From Rhodobacterales bacterium (lineage in GTDB: Bacteria > Pseudomonadota > Alphaproteobacteria > Rhodobacterales > CAZPXZ01), in contig CBDCSI010000002.1 in assembly GCA_965221505.1 (NCBI GenBank), positions 522,052-586,051 on the forward strand: 64,000 nucleotides of DNA, given 5' to 3'. Each line of letters begins with the position of its first letter. Positions within the stretch are counted from its first letter, which is position 1. This document shows, piece after piece, positions 10,779-18,609 of the stretch. A model generated the notes under the pieces. The model saw nothing but the letters and a program-made list of their open reading frames with translations, was not told where the DNA came from and ran no database searches. The position numbers and the translations under genes were made by a program.

Positions 10779-11945
10779 CTACGCGGCCATTCGGCCCGGA
10801 TTGAGAATCCGGACGGGATCGAACTTGTCGCGCAGCGCCTCGCCGAACGCGGTTACGCGCGGAGACTGGGGCTGAAACACCGGCACCGAAGCGCGGACCG
10901 CCTCCGGCGCGCGAACGAGCGTCGCATGCCCGCCTGCCGGCGGAAGCGTCCCGCGTACGGCGTCGGCCGAGGCGTCGGCCGGATCCGGCAGACACGCCCA
11001 GACGAGTCCGCCGCCCCAGTCGAGACCGGTCTCCGCTCCGAGCTCGTCCCGCAGCCGACGCACGACCGCGGGCGCGTCCCCCGGACGGACGGACAGTCGC
11101 CATAGCGGGCGCTCGGAGCCGGCAAAATCCTCGACGTCCCGGATCCGCCGCCAGAGACGGTCGTGCTCGTCGCCCTCCACGACATGGCTGGAGACTCCGG
11201 CATGCATCGCCCGAAGTCCTTCGAGGCGATAGTCGACCTGATCCGCCAAACCCTCCACGCGCAACAGGGTCGACGGGTCGTCTCCCGGAAGCCGCGCGGC
11301 GCCGGTCACCTCGTACGGCGAGCCGAGCGCGCGGGACATGGCGGCCACCGCATCCTCCGCGTCCAGGCATTCGAGCGCCAGCGTCGCCGACCGTTCCGGT
11401 CGCGGCAGCACCTTGAGACAGACCTCGGTGAGCACCCCCAACGTTCCCCAGGATCCGCAGAGCAGCTTGACGAGGTCGTAGCCGGTGACGTTCTTCATCA
11501 CCCGCCTGCCGCTGGCGACGATGCGCCCCGTGCCTTCCACGAACCGAACCGCCAGGAGGCTGTCCCGGCACGCGCCCGCCTGAACCCGGCGCGGCCCGGA
11601 AACGTTGCACGCCACGACCGCGCCGACGGTGGGTTCGCCCGCGCTCCCGAGCAGCGCCCGGTGATCCATCGGTTCGAACGCAAGCCGCTGGCCCTCCGAG
11701 GCCAGCGCCCGCTCCACGGTCCCGACCGGCGTTCCGGCGGCGGCTTCCAGCGTCAGCGCCCCCGGATCGTAGAACGTGATTCCCGTAAGCGAATCCAGCG
11801 CCAGCGTCTCGGCCGCCTGAACCGGCCGTCCCAGAGCGCGGCGCGTTCCGCCGCCGCGAATCTCCAGCGGCACCGCGCGTTCCGAGGCGGATCGGACGGT
11901 CTCCGCGACCTCCGCCTCCGTCGTGGGCGCCACCGCGGGATTCAT
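10779..11945 (-). CDS. glcE: Glycolate oxidase FAD-binding subunit
   Basis: FAD-binding PCMH-type protein sited between glcD and glcF. Length 388 aa. Confidence 0.85.
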   Translation of the reverse strand: MNPAVAPTTEAEVAETVRSASERAVPLEIRGGGTRRALGRPVQAAETLALDSLTGITFYDPGALTLEAAAGTPVGTVERALASEGQRLAFEPMDHRALLGSAGEPTVGAVVACNVSGPRRVQAGACRDSLLAVRFVEGTGRIVASGRRVMKNVTGYDLVKLLCGSWGTLGVLTEVCLKVLPRPERSATLALECLDAEDAVAAMSRALGSPYEVTGAARLPGDDPSTLLRVEGLADQVDYRLEGLRAMHAGVSSHVVEGDEHDRLWRRIRDVEDFAGSERPLWRLSVRPGDAPAVVRRLRDELGAETGLDWGGGLVWACLPDPADASADAVRGTLPPAGGHATLVRAPEAVRASVPVFQPQSPRVTAFGEALRDKFDPVRILNPGRMAA

Positions 11946-12090
11946 CGCCCTACCCGCTCGTTCCGGTCTACGGTCGACGCGTCGGGAAACCCGCGGGTCT
12001 CGCGGCGGAAGGGCGCTCGACCCGGCCGCGCAGGGCGAAACCGCCCGTTCGACGGAATGCGCGCCATGCCGAGCCTGCGCGACGCCGGCG

Positions 12091-13551
12091 CTAGCCGACT
12101 GCCGAAGCCGGCTCCGCCCCGCGCCTCGAACGGGAGGCGTCGAGCGGAAAGACCTTGGCCGGATTGAGCCGCCACTCCGGGTCGAAGCAGTCCTTCACGT
12201 TCATCTGCACGTCCAGGTCGACCGGCGAGAATTGCGATCGCATCAGTTCGCGCTTCTCGACCCCGACCCCGTGCTCGCCCGACAGGCATCCGCCGGCTTC
12301 GACGCAACGGGTCAGGAGGTCCGCGCCGAACGCCTCCGCCCTCTCCAGCTCGCCAGGACGGTTCGCGTCGAACAGGATCAGCGGATGCATGTTGCCGTCG
12401 CCGGCATGAAACACGTTCGCGCATTGCAACCCGTATTGCCGGCTGAGTTCCGCGGTCTGCTTCAGCATCGAGGCGAGCTGGCCGACGGGCACCGTGCCGT
12501 CGAGACAGATGTAGTCGTTGATGCGTCCCATGGCGCCGAACGCGGCCTTGCGCCCCATCCAGATTTGGGCGGATTCCTCCGCGCCCCGGCTTCTGCGCAA
12601 CTGCACCGGGTCGAAGGTCCGGGCGATCTCGATCACCCGCGCGAGCTGCTCCTCGATCTCCCGCTCCGAGCCTTCGACCTCCACGATGAGCAGGGCTTCC
12701 GTGTCCGGGTAGTCCGCGCCGCAGAAGTCCTTGACCGAGGCGATGCAGAGACGGTCCATGTACTCGATCGCGACCGGAAGCACGCCGGAGCGAATGATCG
12801 CCGCCACGCACTCCCCCGCCGTCTCCGGCGCGTCGAACCCGATCAGCACCGGCGAAGCGCCTTCCGGCTTCGGCAGAATGCGAAGCACCGCTTCGGTCAC
12901 GACTCCCAGCTGGCCCTCGGATCCGCAGACCAGCCCGAGCAGGTCGTAGCCCGGCGAGTCGAGATACGGCCCGCCCAGTTCAACCGTCTCGCCGTCCGCC
13001 GTCACCATCGTCACGCCGAGTAGGTTGTTGGTCGTCACGCCGTATTTGAGGCAGTGGGCGCCGCCGGAATTCATGGCGATGTTGCCCGAAATCGCGCAGG
13101 CGAGCTGGGAGGAGGGGTCCGGAGCGTAGAAGAACCCCTCGCCCTCGACCGCCCCGGTCACCGACAGGTTGGTGATTCCGGCCTCGACGCGTACATAGCG
13201 GTTGTCGGTGTCGACCTCGAGAATCCGGTTGAGCCGCGCGGTGCCGATTATGACCGAGTCGGACGTCGGCAGGGCTCCGCCGGAGAGGGACGTACCGGAT
13301 CCCCTGGGCACGACCGGCACGCCGAACCGGTGACACGCCTTCATGGCGAGGGCGACCTCTTCATGGGACCGGGGAAGCGCCACCGCGAGCGGAGGGCAGC
13401 GGTAGGCCGTCAGGGCGTCGCATTCGTACGCACGGGTCTCCGCCGGATCGGAAATCACGGCGCCCGGAACCGCAGCCTCCAGCGCGGCGACGATCTCCGC
13501 CCGCCGCTCCAGAACGAGGGGGTCCGGCTCTGGCATCCCGATTCTCGACAT
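12091..13551 (-). CDS. glcD: Glycolate oxidase subunit GlcD (FAD-linked oxidase)
   Basis: AYECDALTAYR..., GSGTSLSGGALP and a C-terminal GEHGVG motif. Start set at MSRIGMPEP (13551); the longest ORF reaches 13614. Confidence 0.88.
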   Translation of the reverse strand: MSRIGMPEPDPLVLERRAEIVAALEAAVPGAVISDPAETRAYECDALTAYRCPPLAVALPRSHEEVALAMKACHRFGVPVVPRGSGTSLSGGALPTSDSVIIGTARLNRILEVDTDNRYVRVEAGITNLSVTGAVEGEGFFYAPDPSSQLACAISGNIAMNSGGAHCLKYGVTTNNLLGVTMVTADGETVELGGPYLDSPGYDLLGLVCGSEGQLGVVTEAVLRILPKPEGASPVLIGFDAPETAGECVAAIIRSGVLPVAIEYMDRLCIASVKDFCGADYPDTEALLIVEVEGSEREIEEQLARVIEIARTFDPVQLRRSRGAEESAQIWMGRKAAFGAMGRINDYICLDGTVPVGQLASMLKQTAELSRQYGLQCANVFHAGDGNMHPLILFDANRPGELERAEAFGADLLTRCVEAGGCLSGEHGVGVEKRELMRSQFSPVDLDVQMNVKDCFDPEWRLNPAKVFPLDASRSRRGAEPASAVG

Positions 13552-13869
13552 GGGCCTATCCCCTCGCACGTTACACGCGTACGGAAACGCCGGGGCCTCG
13601 GCGGGCCTCCCCACGAGGATTCGACGCTTCGGTCGAGGATACCACGCCGTTCCGATCCGGGGAAACCCGGCCGCGCGCTCGGGACTGCGTCAGACGAACC
13701 GTCCAGGAGGAGGGGCCGACGCAGGCGCCGACGCTGCCGACCCGCCCTTTCCCCGTATCCTTGCGACGCAGACGAGACGAACCGGTTCGATCGCCGTTCC
13801 GCGTCGGGTCGTCCACGGCATGCGCCCCGTCTTGCGGCTTGCGGACGTTGCAGACGGAGCGTCGCGTCG

Positions 13870-13896
13870 AATCGTTTCAAACGGCGTGAAACGATT
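13870..13896. repeat. Perfect 10-bp inverted repeat AATCGTTTCA-n7-TGAAACGATT
   Basis: Read directly from the sequence. It is AT-rich in a GC-rich, ORF-free spacer between glcD and the RiPP precursor gene. Confidence 0.9.
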
Positions 13897-13935
13897 ACCC
13901 TTCGTTGCGAGGTTTTACAGTCGTATCAACGGGAT

Positions 13936-13967
13936 AATCGCTTCACCAGACCGGAGTATCGTTTCAC
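13936..13967. repeat. Two further direct copies of the same half-site (AATCGCTTCAC, TATCGTTTCAC), 21 bp apart
   Basis: Read directly from the sequence. Offsets from the first arm are 66 and 87 bp, which is close to helical phasing. Confidence 0.8.
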
Positions 13968-14298
13968 GGCGGCATCGAGCCGGGACGTTCTCCGCCGCCT
14001 CGCGGACGATTCCGTCCCAGGCAGGGAGAGTGTCCGCCGAACTGTCGCGCCCGAAGCGAATTCTTCGACCGACCGGCGCGCGCTCACGCGGATCGTGGAC
14101 AACGGCGGCCCGGAACTTCGGGCTTGGCGCCGGCGCAGGGCCTCCGTCAAGCGCCGCGTAACCTCGGCAGGCAGGCACGCTGCAGCCTGAAGAGACCGGG
14201 TCGGTTTGTCCCGGACGAGACCTTCGGCTTACCCCGGTCAGGAACCCCGATCCCGTCTCAGACGCTCCAGTTCCGCAAACGAGGCCTCGGGAGCGCCC

Positions 14299-14568
14299 TT
14301 ATCTGCAAATGCACACGTAACAGCTGCCGCATTCGCCTCCCGACATCCGGTCCATGTGCTCTTCCTTGAGTTCCGGCGACGGCGGAAGCACGAAGTTGGC
14401 GACTCCGTTCCCGTCCTCGTGGACCTTTACCTCGAAGCTCTCCGGCAAGTCGATGTCGCATTCGTCCTCGACGACCGCCTTGGGGTCGGCGACGAAGCGG
14501 GCCCGAAAATCTTCGTCCTCCTCCGCCCGACGCAGCAAGTGGTCCCGGATTTCCTCATACTTCTTCAT
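14299..14568 (-). CDS. NHLP (nitrile-hydratase-like leader peptide) family RiPP precursor; predicted core ECGSCYVCICR after a Gly-Gly site
   Basis: 89 codons. Leader MKKYEEIRDHLLRRAEEDEDFRARFVADPKAVVEDECDIDLPESFEVKVHEDGNGVANFVLPPSPELKEEHMDRMSGG has the NHLP layout. AAGGAG lies 6 nt before the ATG. The core is Cys-rich and uses A/T-ending codons. Confidence 0.8.
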   Translation of the reverse strand: MKKYEEIRDHLLRRAEEDEDFRARFVADPKAVVEDECDIDLPESFEVKVHEDGNGVANFVLPPSPELKEEHMDRMSGGECGSCYVCICR

Positions 14569-14580
14569 TTCGCTCTCCTT
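14569..14580 (-). promoter_or_regulatory. Shine-Dalgarno (AAGGAG) and 6-nt spacer of the precursor gene
   Basis: Reverse complement of 14566-14580 reads AAGGAGAGCGAAATG, the last three bases being the start codon. Confidence 0.7.
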
Positions 14581-14733
14581 CACGCGCCATGGCGACGAAT
14601 CCGTAGTGTGGTAGGAGACGGCAGGCGAGTCAACGAACGCGCAGTCCCAAGCCTGCCTCTCCGCCGCCAGACTTGGCGACGAGCGCAGGCGCCCGGACGC
14701 GGAGTCGAGAGCTCGGGCGCCTTCGTCGGCTCG

Positions 14734-14988
14734 TTCGAAGGTCGGCGGTTCGCGCGCCGGCCCGAGCGGCGGCAACCCCCGGTACACGTCGCCGAACGGC
14801 GCGATCCGGGCGCGTACGGCTTCGGCAAGGCTTCGGGAACGCGGCTCGCGTCCGACGGCCTCACGCAGAGCGCGCCGCGCTTCCTCTTCCATGGAGCGGC
14901 AATGCGCGGCGGCCCGAACGCGCAACCGCGTCTTCAGATCGTCGTCAGGGCTGCGGGTGGTAACGCTTGCCCCGGTCTCTTCCCGCAC
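14734..14988 (-). pseudogene. FitA/VapB-like ribbon-helix-helix antitoxin remnant; no stop of its own and no toxin partner
   Basis: DDDLKTRLRVRAAAHCRSMEEEARRALREAV...LAEAVRARIAPFG...PAREPPTF resembles RHH antitoxins. The frame reads through ~55 unrelated codons into the precursor ORF (track ORF 14299..14988). Confidence 0.5.
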
Positions 14989-15429
14989 TCCTGCGATCGC
15001 CGTTTCGGCGACGATAGCGGTACGATCGAGGACGCGTTCCGCTTTGCCGACCGTTCCGTTCCGGCGGATCGCCGCTGCTGCCCCGGTCGCCGCCGGCCGG
15101 CTCTGCGCTGCCGGGAGGAACGGTCTGCCTTCAGAGCGGCAACCGAACGGAAGACGAACCGGAGGACGACGTCTTCCGCCTTCGCTCCGAGCATACGGGG
15201 GGGTCGTTCCGGCCTCCCGAGCGAACCGGACCGGCCCCGGATGAAGTATCGGATCCTACGGCCCCTTGCGCATGGCCCCAATTCGAACCGGAGGTCCAAC
15301 GGCGCTATACCGCTTCTTGAGGATGCGCCGTCCCCGGCAGAACCGGACACGATCCGGCGGCTGCGCGCAGACGATACGCAGCGGGCGTCCGGGCAAGGCG
15401 TCCGAGCCGGTCGATAGAGGAACACGCCG

Positions 15430-16500
15430 ATGCGATCCCTGCATTTCGGTTCCGCGATGGTGGATACCATCGCTCTCGTCGCCACCGAGGACATCGAGCG
15501 CCTGACGCTCACGAACGAGGGGATCTCCTTCCTGATGGTGGAGACGGGACGGAAACTCCCGGCCGAATCCATCACCACCCATATCGGCGGCGGCGCGTGC
15601 AATACCGCCGTCTGCCTGCGCCGGCGCGGATGGCAAAGCACGGTCGTCGCGAAGGTCGGGACCGGCCTGAACGCCGCCGCCGTGCGGCAGCACCTCGTAC
15701 GGTGCGACGTCGAGTCGCAATTGATCGAGTGCGACTCCGCCACCGGCAGCGCCGTCATGGTCGCAAGCCACGACCGGAACGCCTCGATCTTCGTCCATCG
15801 GGGCGCCAACGAACTGCTGTCGGTCGCAGACCTTCCCGAATTCGACGGGTTCGACCTGGTATACGTCGCCCCGCTCTCGAGCGGGTCGGCGGACTGCTTC
15901 CCCGAAATCGTCCGGCGCGCGAAGGCCGCCGGAGCGCGTACCGCCGCCAACCCGGGAATTCGGCAACTGCAGTCCCGCAGCGAGGCGTTTCTGGGTGCGC
16001 TGCCGGACATCGACCTGCTCTCCGTCAACCGCCCGGAAGCGGACGCTCTGGTTCCGGCCCTGATGCGCGAGTCGCCGGGCGCGACAGACTTTCTGCCGCC
16101 GTCGGACCCTCCCGCTCTCGTCCGCCGGGGCTTGCGCTCGCAAGGGTGCGAGCTGGGACTCGCCGCCTTCATGCACCGGCTCCGTTTGATCGGCCCAAAG
16201 TGGATTTCCCTGACGGACGGGAACGACGGCGCCTATCTCTGCGGCGAGGAGGGCGTTTTCTGGCAGCCGAACGTGCCGACCACGGTTGCGGGCACGGCCG
16301 GCGCGGGCGACGCTTTCTGCTCCACCGTCGCCGCCTGCCTGATGGAGGGCATGAGTGCGGAGGATGCCCTCCTCGACGCCGCGTTGAACGCATCCGCCGT
16401 CGTCAGCGTGGTCGACACCACTGCCGGACTGCTGAAGCAGGGCGAGACCAAGTTCCGCCGAGCCGCGTATACGGGACCGCGAGCTCGGAGAATCGCCTGA
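15430..16500 (+). CDS. PfkB-family carbohydrate kinase
   Basis: GGGACNTAV near the N-terminus and GTAGAGDAFCSTV near the C-terminus. Length 356 aa. Confidence 0.8.
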   Translation: MRSLHFGSAMVDTIALVATEDIERLTLTNEGISFLMVETGRKLPAESITTHIGGGACNTAVCLRRRGWQSTVVAKVGTGLNAAAVRQHLVRCDVESQLIECDSATGSAVMVASHDRNASIFVHRGANELLSVADLPEFDGFDLVYVAPLSSGSADCFPEIVRRAKAAGARTAANPGIRQLQSRSEAFLGALPDIDLLSVNRPEADALVPALMRESPGATDFLPPSDPPALVRRGLRSQGCELGLAAFMHRLRLIGPKWISLTDGNDGAYLCGEEGVFWQPNVPTTVAGTAGAGDAFCSTVAACLMEGMSAEDALLDAALNASAVVSVVDTTAGLLKQGETKFRRAAYTGPRARRIA

Positions 16501-16689
16501 GCCGGCTGGCCGTCCTGAATTCCCAGCGTCCGCAGTCCGGTCACTCGCAGAGGGCGCGTCTGCCGGCAGCGAAGAATTGCGCTCAATGTCCGGGCGTTTG
16601 AGTTCCGAACCACGCGATAACGGACTCGGTCCTTCCGTTCCTGGTTGGCTACCCGCTGGCTGGGTCAACTCGAGTATTCGGTTGGCCGC

Positions 16690-17160
16690 TTGCCGACCCG
16701 ATGCCGAGAACGCAGAACCTGACGCCCACGGCGGCATCAGCTGGCGCAATTGATCCTCCGAGAGCGAATCCGCCCAGCGAACGGGTGGATAGTAACCGCC
16801 GCCTCCCGGAACGCGCCTCGCATGCCTTGGCGGCACTGGCCCAGAGTATTGCGGGTGTCCCCACTTCCGAGGATCGGAATCCACACCCCGCGGTCTCCAT
16901 GGCATACCGACCGGCGTAGCAACTGCCGAGGCGCATGTAGAGACATTCCAAGCCGCGGACAGCGGAATCTCCAGATGACGACGAGGGACGCTCGCCGCCC
17001 TGCAACGGCCGTCCGGCAATGCGCTCGACGGCTGCACGGAGTCAGACCGACTGCCTGGAGGACCGGGCCCGTCAGAGCGCCGGATACCAAGGTTGCGGAA
17101 TCGATACCGCACAAGACGACACGGTGCGGCAACGCACGGGAGAGAAGGGCCGAGATAGGA
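16690..17160 (-). pseudogene. P4-like tyrosine integrase remnant: catalytic domain only, at least 2 frameshifts
   Basis: Integrase boxes occur in the right order but in three frames: RRHLEIPLS (RxHxVPLS), GCGFRSS (HGFRSS), EAAVTIH (EAALAH) and VRWADSLSEDQLRQLMPPWA (YxRxDL..RRxLMxxWA, Tyr apparently lost). The N-terminal half is missing. Confidence 0.5.
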
Positions 17161-17230
17161 CGAAATTTGCAGGAAAGTCGTGTGAGTTATATTATCTCTG
17201 CGTGAATCGAGATTATGCAAGGTCGAAGCG

Positions 17231-18505
17231 ATGCTCTTGCGCTTCTCCGTGGAGAATCACCGCTCGATCGGCGAGCAACAGGAATTGGTGCTTGCGGCGT
17301 CGACGCTGAAGGACCGTTCCGACGGGCTGATACCCTGCTATGCCGCAGTCAGCGGCACGGTGGTTCCCGCTGCCGTAATTTACGGGGCCAACGCGTCCGG
17401 GAAGACAAGCGTGATCGACGCGCTATACACAATGAGAAAATGGGTTCTGCGGTCGCAGGACCGGGTGGAACCGAAAGGTGGAATACCCCGGAATGCGTAC
17501 CGTCTCGATCCAGCTTTCTCCGACAAACCGTCCCGCTTTGGAGTCGATTTCCTTCTTGACGGCGTCCGGTATGTCTACGGATTCGAGGCCACCGATGACG
17601 CGTTCACGTCGGAGTGGCTGTACGAAGTCCCTCGATCGCACGGCAGACGACTGTTCGAGCGAGAGGGTCAGCGATTCCATTTCGGACGGCAGCTCAGGGG
17701 GCCGAACAAAAGCGTCGCCGTACGCACCGGGTCCAACAGCCTGTTCCTGTGGGCCGCTGCCCAACGCGGCCATCCGCGTCTCTCTCCGATTCATGCGTAT
17801 TTTCGGGAAATGACCTTCCCTGTGTCGAGTTCCGCAAGACCGCTCGAAATGTCGTCCCGAGTCCTGCGAGATCCGCCGGACCATCGAGTGCTCGCCTTCC
17901 TCAAGTCGATCGGTACCGGTATCGTCGGATACCGAAGGAGACGATCAGCGACACCCGAGAAACGAGGCCTTCGACCGGAGGTCCCTGCGGCCCTCGACAG
18001 GGCTGCAGGCGTCGCCCTCTCTATGCCGCAGGATCGAGAGGATACGCGTCTGGGAGTCGAACTGGCCCGTCGAGCCAGAAGCGGGGCCCAGGTACGGCTG
18101 GATACGGAATCCGAGAGTTCCGGAACCCTTCGCCTTCTCGTCCTCCTGGATCAGGCATTCAGGGCACTGGACTCCGGGCGTCCGATGATTGTCGACGACC
18201 TGGACACCCACCTTCACACCTATGTCGTCGAAACGGTACTCGGGCTCTTCTGTTCCCTGGATCGAAATCCCAACGGTGCGCAATTGATCGCCACCACCCA
18301 CGACACGAACCTGATGAATTCCGCTCTCCTGAGACGCGATCAGATTTGGTTTACGGAGCGGACATCCGACGGGGCCACTGTTCTGTTTCCGCTTACCGAC
18401 TTTCGAACGCGTAAGGGCGACAACGTCGAATACGGGTACCTGCAGGGTCGATTCGGAGCGGTTCCCGGAAACGGCAACTTATCGACGCTGAGAGACTCGA
18501 TATGA
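17231..18505 (+). CDS. AAA-family ATPase (COG1106 / AbiLi-like, abortive-infection type)
   Basis: Walker A GANASGKTS and Walker B-like PMIVDDLDTHLH. C-terminus ATTHDTNLM...DQIWFTER is typical of AAA_21-type ATPases. Local GC looks low. Confidence 0.8.
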   Translation: MLLRFSVENHRSIGEQQELVLAASTLKDRSDGLIPCYAAVSGTVVPAAVIYGANASGKTSVIDALYTMRKWVLRSQDRVEPKGGIPRNAYRLDPAFSDKPSRFGVDFLLDGVRYVYGFEATDDAFTSEWLYEVPRSHGRRLFEREGQRFHFGRQLRGPNKSVAVRTGSNSLFLWAAAQRGHPRLSPIHAYFREMTFPVSSSARPLEMSSRVLRDPPDHRVLAFLKSIGTGIVGYRRRRSATPEKRGLRPEVPAALDRAAGVALSMPQDREDTRLGVELARRARSGAQVRLDTESESSGTLRLLVLLDQAFRALDSGRPMIVDDLDTHLHTYVVETVLGLFCSLDRNPNGAQLIATTHDTNLMNSALLRRDQIWFTERTSDGATVLFPLTDFRTRKGDNVEYGYLQGRFGAVPGNGNLSTLRDSI

Positions 18506-18597
18506 GTCGTCTCGATCACGGATCAGACACGTCAGGACGCTCCGCCCGAAAGGGTAAGCCGAGTCCCGCCTCGCGTCGTTCTGCGCGAGAAGGATAG
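18502..18597 (+). pseudogene. 31-codon ORF overlapping the ATPase stop (ATGA); possible truncated RloB/AbiLii-like partner
   Basis: MSRLDHGSDTSGRSARKGKPSPASRRSAREG*. The basic N-terminus resembles RloB-family starts. It ends 12 nt before the 3' end of the convergent endonuclease gene. Confidence 0.3.
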
Positions 18598-18609
18598 CAG
18601 AGCCCCACC

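Noticed and set aside
16760-16799. VTIHPFAGRIRS in one frame looked like the integrase TxHGFR box.
   Set aside because: The position is wrong relative to the other boxes. GCGFRSS further upstream (another frame) is the better HGFRSS match, and this stretch aligns instead with the EAALAH / YxRxDL region.
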